Virus record (IMG/VR): IMGVR_UViG_3300003323_000567
Span: 62,035-126,034 of that record
Length of the DNA: 64,000 nt
Source: a virus
Reading direction: 5' to 3' (one strand)
Positions 25,781-36,126 of the stretch are shown here, in pieces. Below the pieces are notes generated by a model that was not told where the DNA came from, did no database searches, and worked only from the letters and a program-made list of their open reading frames with translations. The position numbers were made by a program, and so were the translations under genes. Every line of letters starts with the position of its first letter. Positions within the stretch are counted from its first letter, which is position 1.

Positions 25781-26059
25781 ATGGGAAAGAAAGCTACGCC
25801 TTATAATCAGGCAGTGCAAATACTGCTTGACCTTAAACGGGAATATCCCACTAATACTCTGGGACAACACATCGCCACTGCCCTTGGGGACTATGGGGAT
25901 ATATGGGGGTTGACAGATAAAGAATTTTTATTTGCCCTGGAGAAGTATAAAACTGAAATGGAACTAAACATTGTCTCTGACTCGGAAGTAGACAAGATAG
26001 TAAGGGACGCAGAAAACCTGGATACATTGTTCCAGGATGAGGAGGAAGATGGCTACTAA
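25781..26059 (+). CDS. hypothetical protein
   Basis: 92 aa ORF in operon. Confidence 0.6.
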   Translation: MGKKATPYNQAVQILLDLKREYPTNTLGQHIATALGDYGDIWGLTDKEFLFALEKYKTEMELNIVSDSEVDKIVRDAENLDTLFQDEEEDGY

Positions 26060-26345
26060 GAAACAGGAAAACAGCTATATAGGAATGGAGCTCGAGTGGC
26101 TTGACAAGAAGGCCACTGAGATCCGTGAATACTGTAATCAACCTATCCATCAGATAACTGACCGTAAAGACGGACAAAAAGTCATAGCAAAAAAAGAGGA
26201 TATAATCAAGTCCATAAGAGAAACTCTAAAGGACTACATCCAGATTATAGCAGCCCTCGATACTCTAAGGGAGAAAGAAGCATCTAAGACACCTTCAGTA
26301 AGGGGTGATCAGGAACTTTCCCCTCTTGAAAAAGGTGAGATCTAA
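26037..26345 (+). CDS. hypothetical protein, possible small terminase subunit
   Basis: Helical ORF overlapping the terL start (TAATG); function inferred from position only. Confidence 0.4.
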   Translation: MRRKMATKKQENSYIGMELEWLDKKATEIREYCNQPIHQITDRKDGQKVIAKKEDIIKSIRETLKDYIQIIAALDTLREKEASKTPSVRGDQELSPLEKGEI

Positions 26346-28447
26346 TGATAGACACTAAGTATACTCGACCAACTAAAAACATCTGGTTCCCAGATCAGGT
26401 AGAACCAGAGTATGATCCTGCAGATGAAGCTGTCATGGAAGTCTTTAAGGCTTACTGGGCAGAAGAGAAGCGCAGAATGAAGGAAGGCTTCTATCTAGCT
26501 GACGGTCAGGTTTTTATCTCAGGTTGGCTATATTGGCATACAGTATACTGGAATATCGCCATGTATATTGAAAATGAAAAGCTTGGTAAAAAAATCAGGG
26601 TAATAAAAACACCCTATCTCAGGGATATAGAATGGATCATAGCTAATGACTTTGTTCAATGTGAGAAGCTCGGGAAATTCTATCCATTAGTTGGATCTCG
26701 TGACTTCGGGAAATCTATTATAGCAGGATCCAGAGCTGGATATAATTATACCCTATTTGACAAATCAGAATCCATAATTAGTGCAGGGAATGCTACTTAT
26801 ATCAAACTAGCCACTGATAAAGTTGAAGATGGGCTCATTAATTTACATCCAATTCTAGCAAAGCAAAGGATAATAAATGACTGGAAGAAGGAAGTAAAGG
26901 CAGGATGGAAAGATAAGAAGACTGGAATAACTCATCCTAATTCTTCTCAATCCTCTATCCAGATAAGAAACTTTGAAGAAGGATCAAAGACAGATGCTGC
27001 TGTAGGAGCCAGACCTGGCTTTCATCTCATAGATGAAATTGGTACAATCAAAAACTTCATTGCCTGTTTAAAGGACTCTGAAGGAGCATGGTGGTCAGGT
27101 GTTACTGAAGGGGAGGTAGACAAACCCTCTTGTCTGGCAATGATAACTGGAACAGGAGGAGACATGGAAAAAGGAAAGGAGGCTGCAGAAGTCTTCACTC
27201 ATCCTGAAGCATATAACATGCTGGCATTTGACAACCCTGAGATCCCTGGTACCAAGATGGGAAGATTCATCAATGCTCTGATGGCAAAGATGAAGTACAA
27301 GGATCCAATGAAACTTTCAGATTATCTCGGGATACAACATCCTGATTTAGAGAAGATTGAGATTCTTGTTACTAATGAACAGAAGGCAAGAGAATGGTGG
27401 GATAGAGAACACTCCAGAGCCTTAAAGTCAAACAACCAGAAGACCTTATTAAAATTCAAGGCTTTTTGGCCACTTGTACCATCAGATAGCTTCCTGGTTC
27501 TCACTAAGAATGACTTCAATATAGAAGCTGCCAAGGCCCAGAAATCAAAACTAGCTGCCCTTGGGAAGACAGGAACTCCGGTTGAACTATATCATGACGG
27601 TGAGAAGATCTGTCATAAGTTCACTGATAAATTTCCAATATCAGAATTCCCAGCCAAAACTCTCGGCACTCTGGATGCTCCGGTAGTCATCTGGGAGTTT
27701 CCTATAGAAGATGAGCCCCCATTTGGCTTGTATATAGCCGGGGTTGACCCCTATAGACAAGGTAGGGCTGAGTATTCAGATTCCCTGGGGGCAGTATACA
27801 TCTTTAAGAGAATTCATGACATACAATCGGACAAATATCAGAACCTATTTGTAGCCTCATATGTAGCAAGGCCTGATAGCAAAGATAAGTGGAATGAGAC
27901 AGCCAGACTTCTGATCAAATATTATAATGCTTATACTCTTTGTGAGAATGATGAGTATAGCTTTATAGACTACATGGTAAAGAAAGGGGATGCTGCCAGA
28001 TATCTGGCCCCTCAGCCAAGCTGGCTTAGGGAGATTGTACCAAATACTTCAGTTAGAAGGGATTATGGAATTCACAGATCTAGTGACAGGATTAGAAATC
28101 ACCTGGATGGCTTACTAAAATCCTACCTGGATGATGTGATATATAGAGATGAAGAGAAAGGATATGAAACCCTAGGAGTAACAAGGGTATTTGATCCAAT
28201 GCTTCTGGAAGAGATTATTCACTTCAATTCAGAGGAAGGAAACTATGACCGCGTAGTAGCAGCTGAGCTTGCCATTGCCCTGGCGGACCATTTGAATCCT
28301 CAGTTCGTAGTAGCCTCAGATAAGAAGGATCCAAGATTTGAGGCATATTTCTCAGGAAAAAAGAGCTCCAATAAGGTAATAGATTTTTCAACATCAACAC
28401 CTATGATTTCCACAAGGGGAAGGTTAAGATCAAAATTATTTATATAG
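26345..28447 (+). CDS. terL: terminase large subunit
   Basis: Walker A-like GSRDFGKS, Walker B LIDEIG, TGTGG, nuclease YIAGVDPY, NYDRV. Confidence 0.92.
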   Translation: MIDTKYTRPTKNIWFPDQVEPEYDPADEAVMEVFKAYWAEEKRRMKEGFYLADGQVFISGWLYWHTVYWNIAMYIENEKLGKKIRVIKTPYLRDIEWIIANDFVQCEKLGKFYPLVGSRDFGKSIIAGSRAGYNYTLFDKSESIISAGNATYIKLATDKVEDGLINLHPILAKQRIINDWKKEVKAGWKDKKTGITHPNSSQSSIQIRNFEEGSKTDAAVGARPGFHLIDEIGTIKNFIACLKDSEGAWWSGVTEGEVDKPSCLAMITGTGGDMEKGKEAAEVFTHPEAYNMLAFDNPEIPGTKMGRFINALMAKMKYKDPMKLSDYLGIQHPDLEKIEILVTNEQKAREWWDREHSRALKSNNQKTLLKFKAFWPLVPSDSFLVLTKNDFNIEAAKAQKSKLAALGKTGTPVELYHDGEKICHKFTDKFPISEFPAKTLGTLDAPVVIWEFPIEDEPPFGLYIAGVDPYRQGRAEYSDSLGAVYIFKRIHDIQSDKYQNLFVASYVARPDSKDKWNETARLLIKYYNAYTLCENDEYSFIDYMVKKGDAARYLAPQPSWLREIVPNTSVRRDYGIHRSSDRIRNHLDGLLKSYLDDVIYRDEEKGYETLGVTRVFDPMLLEEIIHFNSEEGNYDRVVAAELAIALADHLNPQFVVASDKKDPRFEAYFSGKKSSNKVIDFSTSTPMISTRGRLRSKLFI

Positions 28448-28450
28448 CAG

Positions 28451-31039
28451 ATGCCTATAATCATACATTCAAAGGATCAGAATCTTGACTGGGCAAGATG
28501 GAATATTTACCCAGATCAGTTCGTCCCAGAGGCTGAGAAAAGAACAGATGATTGGATGAAATCCAATATGGACTATTTTGCCAATGTGGCTTATTCACAG
28601 TTCATTAAAGGTAAGGACACTTTCGTAAACAACTATAATCTGGTTAAAGGAATCCTAAGACCACAGGATTTTTATATCTCAGATACTGATGATCCTGAAT
28701 TAAGATCATTTGCTGACACAGTGGTCAGGGATGTGGAGTTACCAAACTATGTAAAGCACTATCCAATCCTGAATCCTCCTTTAAACACCATGTTAGGAGA
28801 ATTATCAAGAAGACCAGATGTAGCTAGGGTAAAAGCTTTTGATGAAGACTCAAAGAACGAGGAACTTCAATTTAAAACGGAGATTCTCCAACAGTTCATC
28901 CTGGAACAGGCCAAGTCTAAAATGACCACGCAGCTTGGAATACAGGGACAGGCTAATATGAGTGAGCAAGATCAGGAGCAGCTTACTATGGAAAAGGTGG
29001 CTGAGTACATGACTGATTATACCTCCCTGGCAGAGAAATGGGGAAATCACGTCCTGGAAGCTATGAAGATGCAGATGAACTTAAAGGAGATCTCAGAAGA
29101 TTGTTTTAGAGATCTACTGATTTGTTCAAGGGAGTTCTATCATATATATGAAGCTAATACTAAGCTCGGGGTAGCAGTAGAAAACCTGAACCCAAAGAAT
29201 GTATGGTTTCTCACACTGCCAGACAAGAAGTACATAAAGAATGCTTTCGCAGCAGGGACAGTACATGTAATGGAGCTATCTGAAATTCTTGAGAGGTTCG
29301 ATCTTTCCAAGAAGGAAGTTGACCACTTGAGGAAAGGAGTAAGAGAACTTTCCCTATTCTCCCCAAGGGAATCGAACTTTGAAAACCCTAATGTATCTGG
29401 TTGGGAATCAATCAAATACGATACTTATTCTCCATACATAGTCCAGCAGAGACTTCTGGTTGAATCTATGCTTAAAGAGAACGTGGATCCCCTGAATGAT
29501 TTCCTGGGTTTATCTTCGAACGTAAACACCTTTGGTAATAAATATGTGGTTGTACAAGCTTATTGGTGTTCTAAGAAGAAGGTCGGTAAACTTACTTTTA
29601 CAGATGAGGAAGGAGTAGAGCAAACAACGCTGGTAGATGAATCCTATAAGAAGATTCCAAATGAAGTATCAATTGAATGGAACTATGTGAATCAATGGTT
29701 TAAGGGGTACAAAATTGGATCTGATGTGTATAATGTAGAACCTTTCGACCTCCTGGAGTACTGCCCTATTATAGGAGTAGTGCATGAGATAAAGAACATC
29801 AACGAAGCTAAGAGCCTTGTAGATCTGATAAAGCCCTACCAGATCCTCTATAATGTTTGCATGAACCAGCTCTACAAATTGCTGGAAAAGGAAATAGGTA
29901 ATGTGTATCTGATGTCCATGAGACATATTCCTATCCCCAAGGATGGCGATGCTCAAGATGCATTGGAGATCTGGGAACAGGAAGCCAGAAAAAGAGGTGT
30001 GGTAATAGTAGATGATTCTCCAGAAAACCTGAAGAGCCCATCTAACTTTAACATGTTCAAGAACATAGATTGGACAAGGACAGCTGAAATACAATCAAGG
30101 TACACTCTGGCTATGCAACTTAAGCAGGAAGCTTGGGAACTCGTGGGGATTACCAGAGAGAGAACTGGTGGAGTAGCAGCCACTCAAACAGCTACAGGTA
30201 CTAATACAGCTCTATCTCAATCCTATGCCCAGACAGAACCCTACTTTGCACAGCATGAGTATGTATTAAATGATGTGTATCAGGCAGTTCTGGATGCAGT
30301 TCAGAGTATTGAGGTAAAGAAACCATGGTCAACAATCTCCTATATTAATACAGAAGGAGAACAAGCCTTCATTAGAGTAAACTCCCAAGACATCACCCTC
30401 AGGGATCTGCAAGTATTTGTTACTACTAGGGCAAATGATCAAAGGGCTTTCGAAGAGTTGAAACAGCTGGCCCAACCTATGTTACAGAATGGAGCTACTC
30501 CATATGAAATATCTGTTCTATATACTACCAACTCTATAAGGCAGATGAAGCAGGTCTTCAAGTCTCTCAAGGATAAGATAGACCAAATGCAACAACAAGA
30601 GCAACAGATCAAACAACAAGAGCTTCAACAGCAACAAGCTATGTTCCAGCATGAACAAGAGCAGGCTGCAATTCAAGATCAGCTAGATAAAGAGTTCGAA
30701 CATGGTGAAAATGAGCTGGATAGGTTGAATAAGAAAGAGGTTGCTCTGATAGCAGCTGCAGCTAAAGAAAGAAGTGCATTCAAGCCAGAACCAAATGCAG
30801 GAGATGAAGATATGGCTCTTGCAGCTGAAGCAGCTCAGGAAGGAATGTATAAAGATAGAGATTATCAGCTGAAGCTTTCCCAAATCCAGCAGAAAGCAAA
30901 AGAGTCAAATGACTATGTTGCAATGGAACTTAAGAAGATAGCTCTGGATAGAGAAAAGATACAGGCTCAGCTTCAGATGAAGAGAATGGATATCAAAGCC
31001 AAAAAGGCACAGGCAAAAGCCAAACCAAAATCTAAATAA
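28451..31039 (+). CDS. portal protein
   Basis: 862 aa directly after terL; SLVDLIKPYQILYN, ELVGITRERTG, Gln-rich C-terminus as in crAss-like portals. Confidence 0.85.
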   Translation: MPIIIHSKDQNLDWARWNIYPDQFVPEAEKRTDDWMKSNMDYFANVAYSQFIKGKDTFVNNYNLVKGILRPQDFYISDTDDPELRSFADTVVRDVELPNYVKHYPILNPPLNTMLGELSRRPDVARVKAFDEDSKNEELQFKTEILQQFILEQAKSKMTTQLGIQGQANMSEQDQEQLTMEKVAEYMTDYTSLAEKWGNHVLEAMKMQMNLKEISEDCFRDLLICSREFYHIYEANTKLGVAVENLNPKNVWFLTLPDKKYIKNAFAAGTVHVMELSEILERFDLSKKEVDHLRKGVRELSLFSPRESNFENPNVSGWESIKYDTYSPYIVQQRLLVESMLKENVDPLNDFLGLSSNVNTFGNKYVVVQAYWCSKKKVGKLTFTDEEGVEQTTLVDESYKKIPNEVSIEWNYVNQWFKGYKIGSDVYNVEPFDLLEYCPIIGVVHEIKNINEAKSLVDLIKPYQILYNVCMNQLYKLLEKEIGNVYLMSMRHIPIPKDGDAQDALEIWEQEARKRGVVIVDDSPENLKSPSNFNMFKNIDWTRTAEIQSRYTLAMQLKQEAWELVGITRERTGGVAATQTATGTNTALSQSYAQTEPYFAQHEYVLNDVYQAVLDAVQSIEVKKPWSTISYINTEGEQAFIRVNSQDITLRDLQVFVTTRANDQRAFEELKQLAQPMLQNGATPYEISVLYTTNSIRQMKQVFKSLKDKIDQMQQQEQQIKQQELQQQQAMFQHEQEQAAIQDQLDKEFEHGENELDRLNKKEVALIAAAAKERSAFKPEPNAGDEDMALAAEAAQEGMYKDRDYQLKLSQIQQKAKESNDYVAMELKKIALDREKIQAQLQMKRMDIKAKKAQAKAKPKSK

Positions 31040-31371
31040 TGAGTCTATTAAAGTTAAAGGCAAAAGTAAAGCTAGTATCCGAAGAAGATATGGAGCTTGA
31101 AGAGATGGATATGGGGATTATAGCCAAGTCCAAAGAGTGGGTATGGAGAGCTATAGCAGTACAAGTAATAGAAGTCTATAAGGTAATAGCCTATACCTCT
31201 ACCAAAAGTATTCTACAGATGTATGATGGAGAAAAGATTCTGGTAGCAGAATCATTTGAAGAACTCTGTGAAAGATGGGAAAAGGCAATCACTGAGCTAA
31301 GGTTAGGTGAGGGGGATTGGCCAGTCTATAACCAAACAGGTGAATCTTTCGATTCAGATGAGGAATCCTAA
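31039..31371 (+). CDS. hypothetical protein
   Basis: 110 aa, coupled to the portal gene. Confidence 0.6.
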   Translation: MSLLKLKAKVKLVSEEDMELEEMDMGIIAKSKEWVWRAIAVQVIEVYKVIAYTSTKSILQMYDGEKILVAESFEELCERWEKAITELRLGEGDWPVYNQTGESFDSDEES

Positions 31372-31478
31372 TGCTATATTAGGCAATATTACTCAGCGTT
31401 TTAGAGCTAAACTCTTTGACAGTATAATAATTAGACATAATTTTACACCTTGTTGAAAACCAATAAAATCAACTAAAT

Positions 31479-32720
31479 ATGGCGGACAGAGAACAATTCT
31501 CTTTCTCTGTAAGTGATCTTGGGATAATGTCTACTCAGGAGATTCAAGCAGAAGATTTCTTAAATTCTGATCCTGAGGACATTAAGGTAATCCAACCAAA
31601 GACAGATACAGTTGTAGAGACTGAAGAATCTCAAAAGAAAGCAGTAAAGAAACAACCTCTTAAGAAACAACCTATAGAAGAAGAGACTGAAGAGGAGGAA
31701 GATAAACCTGAGCCAAAGAAAGAGCTTAAGGATAAACATCTTTATGACGTTCTTGAGGAAAAGGGAGATGAAGAAACTGAGGAAGCAGATTCTAAAGAAG
31801 CCCCCAAGGGAGCAGAGGAGAATGCTGAAGAAGGTGACGAGAACCCATTTGGTACTATAGCTCAAGAGCTGGTAAACCATGGGATCTTTACTCTCGATGA
31901 AGATGAGGAAGGGATTGAACTATCTACCCCCGAGGAGCTACTCGAAAGATTCCAATACGAATCAAGGAAACAGGCGTCTATGGTAATAGACAAGTTCCTG
32001 AGTAGATTCGGAGACAATTATAGGGACATGTTTGAAAATGTCTTTGTAAAAGGAATAAATCCTGTAGATTATCTGAACCGCTATACTAAAGTAGAAGGAA
32101 TTAAAGATCTTGATTTGACCGACGAGGCCAATCAGGAAAGAATAGTAAGAGAACTGTACAGATCAGAGGGTAGGTCTTCTGAATATATCGAGAAAAAGGT
32201 CACACAACTTAAAAATTATAATGATCTTCTCGATGAAGCTACAGAGGCTCAAAAGATCCTTGTCACAAGAGAACAGCAACAAATTGATGATGCTGCAGCC
32301 AAGAAGCAAGAGGAGCTTACAAGAAGACAGCAGATTAGAACTGAATATGTCAATAATGTAGGTAAGATCTTAAATGACAAGATAAAGGCAAAAGACTTCG
32401 ATGGAATTCCTGTAGACAGAAAGTTCGCTGAGAATATTTATGGCTACTTAACTCAAGAAAGATTCCAAACCGCTGATGGAGAGCTACTTACAACTTTTGA
32501 TAAGGATATCCTGGATCTAAAGAGACCAGAGAATCATGAAACCAGAGTTAAGATAGCAATGCTCCTTCAACTTCTGAAAGAAGATCCCCAATTAACTAAG
32601 CTGGCCAAAAAGGCCGTTTCTAAAGAAAGTAACACTCTTTTCCAAGGTCTGAAGAAAACAGCTATGAAGTCTGGAAAAAAAGAGACTGAGAAAGAGCCTG
32701 AAGTTAAATCTTGGTTTTAA
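31479..32720 (+). CDS. acidic scaffold-like protein preceding the MCP
   Basis: Glu/Lys-rich N-terminus; position between portal and MCP. Confidence 0.6.
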   Translation: MADREQFSFSVSDLGIMSTQEIQAEDFLNSDPEDIKVIQPKTDTVVETEESQKKAVKKQPLKKQPIEEETEEEEDKPEPKKELKDKHLYDVLEEKGDEETEEADSKEAPKGAEENAEEGDENPFGTIAQELVNHGIFTLDEDEEGIELSTPEELLERFQYESRKQASMVIDKFLSRFGDNYRDMFENVFVKGINPVDYLNRYTKVEGIKDLDLTDEANQERIVRELYRSEGRSSEYIEKKVTQLKNYNDLLDEATEAQKILVTREQQQIDDAAAKKQEELTRRQQIRTEYVNNVGKILNDKIKAKDFDGIPVDRKFAENIYGYLTQERFQTADGELLTTFDKDILDLKRPENHETRVKIAMLLQLLKEDPQLTKLAKKAVSKESNTLFQGLKKTAMKSGKKETEKEPEVKSWF

Positions 32721-32746
32721 TCCTATAACAAAATAATAGAGCAAAG

Positions 32747-34291
32747 ATGGCTTTACAAACAATACCTGGTTTTACCGGTTTTGCCTATGCCAGGGTAGCA
32801 TCAATGGATAAGCGTGCGATTGGTAAACTCACAGACACAAACCACCTGGAGTCTTTCCACACCACTGATCCTGCGGACTACGACAAAAAGATCATATCCA
32901 TCTACACACAGAGTTCATTGTATGCCAATGACTTCTTGGACATGATCAACAAGTCTACTCCGTTCTACATTGACACTAACTCTGACGCATGGCAATGGGA
33001 GGTAGAAGTACCATATAAATTCCCAAAGATCATCGAGATTCCTACTTCAACCGTGAATTTAACAACTCCGGGTATTGATGGTCAAGAGTTTCAATTCGTG
33101 ATGGATTCAGCTGAGTTTACTCAGAACATGATCATCACTCCACACAAAATCTACGGTCAACAATTCGCAATTATCAGAGATCCACAACCTTATAATGCTG
33201 GATTCCTGTACACTGCAACTCTGGTATCTGCCAATCCAAAAGCAGAGTTCGTTGATCCAACCTTCTTACAGCCTGGTATAGAGTTCTCTCTTGTGAGCCA
33301 GTCTATTGGAGAGTTCGATGAAGATCTACCTGGTCTTCCTCGTATGGCTGAAAAGATTACTATGTATGAGTCTCTTGGTTCAGCTGTGGGTTACAAGCAC
33401 ACTATTACTGGTTGGGCTGATGACAGAATGCTCAAGAATAGTGATGGTATGCCTCTCGATCTGATGGTATACATTAATGGTAAGAGAAACGAAAAGCCAG
33501 TTACAAGACATGATGTTCGTTGGGAACCTTTCATCGAGTTCTGGATGAGAAAAGCAATGCTTGATCTGAAGGTTCAGAAGATGATCTGGGGTAAACCAGG
33601 TATCGTGAAGACAAGAGGTTCTAAGCAGGAAGTTAAGAAAGTATCTGCTGGTGTGTACTATAGAATGAGAAACAATGGTAACCTCGTTCAATATAACAGA
33701 GGTGAATTCTCTACAAATATCTTCCGTGCTGTGTTTGGAGACCTGTTCTACAGACGTGTGGACGTGAAAGACAGAAGAGTTAAGATCTACACAAATGAAG
33801 CAGGATTTGATGTATTCGACCAAGCTCTTAAAGATGATGCTCTGAACAGTGGTCTGACAATTATTGCAGACACAAGGTTCATCCAAGGCGCAGAGCAAAA
33901 GCTGACCCTGAACTATGCCTTCTCAAGCATGGTAACTCGTGAAACAGGTAGGATTGAGCTGGTTCACTTAAAAGAACTAGATTTACCTCAAAACAACCTG
34001 GAGTTCGGTCAGAACAAGAAGTCAACCCCATTATTCCTCGTGTTTGACGTATCTCCCGAAGGGGATGGATCTCTGAGAAACAATATCAGAGAGGTTAGAA
34101 TGAAGGGAAGACCTTCAATGACATGGGGATACATTGATGGACGTAGGCACCACCTTGGTTTTGCAAGATCTCAAGGTCACTCAGCTGCTAACATGTTTGA
34201 TGGTTATACCATCTTCATGGATGACAGATATGATGTGTTCATCGAAGATTTATCACGTTGCGTCGTAATAGAAGAAGTACCTCAATTCTAG
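32747..34291 (+). CDS. major capsid protein (crAss-like)
   Basis: 514 aa, LTDTNHL motif, codon usage suggesting high expression, conserved position. Confidence 0.8.
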   Translation: MALQTIPGFTGFAYARVASMDKRAIGKLTDTNHLESFHTTDPADYDKKIISIYTQSSLYANDFLDMINKSTPFYIDTNSDAWQWEVEVPYKFPKIIEIPTSTVNLTTPGIDGQEFQFVMDSAEFTQNMIITPHKIYGQQFAIIRDPQPYNAGFLYTATLVSANPKAEFVDPTFLQPGIEFSLVSQSIGEFDEDLPGLPRMAEKITMYESLGSAVGYKHTITGWADDRMLKNSDGMPLDLMVYINGKRNEKPVTRHDVRWEPFIEFWMRKAMLDLKVQKMIWGKPGIVKTRGSKQEVKKVSAGVYYRMRNNGNLVQYNRGEFSTNIFRAVFGDLFYRRVDVKDRRVKIYTNEAGFDVFDQALKDDALNSGLTIIADTRFIQGAEQKLTLNYAFSSMVTRETGRIELVHLKELDLPQNNLEFGQNKKSTPLFLVFDVSPEGDGSLRNNIREVRMKGRPSMTWGYIDGRRHHLGFARSQGHSAANMFDGYTIFMDDRYDVFIEDLSRCVVIEEVPQF

Positions 34292-34425
34292 TGAGGAAAC
34301 CTTCCGAGAAGAGAGCCCTGAAACTTCCCGCCTACAGGGCCTCTCCTCTCAAATACCCCTACCTGCAGAAGGCATTTGGCTCGAGACCATAGGGGGTACA
34401 GAATAAACCAAACAAAACTACATCA

Positions 34426-35379
34426 ATGGGTAAGATCGGTAAAATTAGTGTAATACCTAAGGACTATGATGGTGCATTCCCTACTATGGAAAAATCCCTT
34501 AGACAAAGGGGAATGAGTAGAGCTCCTGGTACTACCAAATTGATGCTTCCTTATAAGGAGCTCAGTGGTAAATACAGAACAGGCTTAGATATCAATGCCA
34601 AACATATCCTAAAAATAGAAGATCCTTCTTTAAGAAAGTTAGAGCAGGATAGAATAGCAGCTCTCAAAAAGAAGCTAGAGGAATTGACTGGAGTTGACCT
34701 TGGGCCTAACTCTGAGTATTACAACTATGTTTCTAAAAAGCCTGGTGTCCACGTAGAGCCTGTAAAGCTTGCGGACGGAGAAAACCTCTTCAACTTGGAT
34801 GATCCTTGGCAGCATATTACATACCTGTGGCTATCAGTAGACCCTCGTATTGCCTCTTCTTTGGCAGCTTACGAAAGAGGAGAATATCCACACGATACAC
34901 AGTACTATGTGAATGACGAGGATGTAGAAAGTTCTCTACAGTACAAAAAGAAGAAGACTGCTAATGATGCTATCATTAAATTCGATAGTTGGTCTTTAGA
35001 AAAACGCAAGAAGGTTGCCAGACTGCTTGATCTGCCCGTGGGTGAAGGAACAAGAGAAGAAGTGGTTTATAATCTAGTAGATAACTTCCTGAAAACCAAC
35101 CAGGTATCTGGTGGAGTACACAAAGGAAAAGATCCAATTAAAGTATTCACTTTGTATGCTGATCTGAAGGATGATATCCTTTATGTGAAAGATCTGGTTG
35201 AACAAGCTTTCAAACACCAGTTGTACAAGGAGAAGAAAGGTGGAAGAGTGTATGAAGGAGAACTGGAAGTCTACAGAGATAAAGAAGAATTAATTGAACA
35301 CCTAATGGATGAAAATAACCAGGAAGATTTACTCGAACTGGAAAAAAAGTTAAAAGTGAAAAAACTTGCTAGTGTATGA
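34426..35379 (+). CDS. conserved crAss-like structural-module protein
   Basis: GKYRTGLD, position after the MCP. Confidence 0.6.
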   Translation: MGKIGKISVIPKDYDGAFPTMEKSLRQRGMSRAPGTTKLMLPYKELSGKYRTGLDINAKHILKIEDPSLRKLEQDRIAALKKKLEELTGVDLGPNSEYYNYVSKKPGVHVEPVKLADGENLFNLDDPWQHITYLWLSVDPRIASSLAAYERGEYPHDTQYYVNDEDVESSLQYKKKKTANDAIIKFDSWSLEKRKKVARLLDLPVGEGTREEVVYNLVDNFLKTNQVSGGVHKGKDPIKVFTLYADLKDDILYVKDLVEQAFKHQLYKEKKGGRVYEGELEVYRDKEELIEHLMDENNQEDLLELEKKLKVKKLASV

Positions 35380-36104
35380 TCCCAGTAGAGAGCTTACTAT
35401 ACAAAATAGACCTTAAATTAAACAAGGTTGCAGCTCTCGAACATCAGATTATACCTCTGGAAAACAAGATCCTCGCTCTCAATGAAGCCCAGCTAAAGCT
35501 GGTTAAACTAAAGATGGACTCAAATAACACTTTGGGTCTCGGACTGGATAGCTTCAAAAAGAGATATGAGGATCTTGAAGTTTTAATAGAGCCCATGAGA
35601 GAGCACCCATTAGATCTTACTCTTACAGACCCAGATCTGAATAAGTGGACTGCTGATCTAACTCTCTTGTCTCCTGAGTACATGTTCTACATAGATTCTT
35701 ACATCATAGCCTCCAAGGGAGGATGTAAAGACAAAGTGATCTACGTAAACAAAGATCTGGTAAAACACTCAGATGTGATAAGTCTGCTGATAAATACGAA
35801 TTACAGACCTTCCTTTGAGTACGAAGAAACTTTTAGTTCAATAGCTCAATTCAACTTAAGTATCTACACAGATGGAACCTTTACACCAAAGACCATTTAT
35901 GTTAGCTACATAAGATACCCACAAAAAATAGACTTCCCAGGATACATAAAGTTCGATGGTACTGCATCCACCCGAATGGACAGTGAGCTACCCGAATATC
36001 TTGAGGATGAATTACTTAACCTTACAATACAGGAACTAGCTATGGATACAGAAAATAATCCAGCAGTCCAGTATACTCAGGAGAGAATAAGAACATCTGA
36101 ATAA
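35376..36104 (+). CDS. putative head-tail ring/adaptor protein
   Basis: ALNEAQ, YVSYIRYP, SELPEYLEDEL. Confidence 0.6.
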   Translation: MIPVESLLYKIDLKLNKVAALEHQIIPLENKILALNEAQLKLVKLKMDSNNTLGLGLDSFKKRYEDLEVLIEPMREHPLDLTLTDPDLNKWTADLTLLSPEYMFYIDSYIIASKGGCKDKVIYVNKDLVKHSDVISLLINTNYRPSFEYEETFSSIAQFNLSIYTDGTFTPKTIYVSYIRYPQKIDFPGYIKFDGTASTRMDSELPEYLEDELLNLTIQELAMDTENNPAVQYTQERIRTSE

Positions 36105-36126
36105 ATAACATAAAATCTATATCTAA

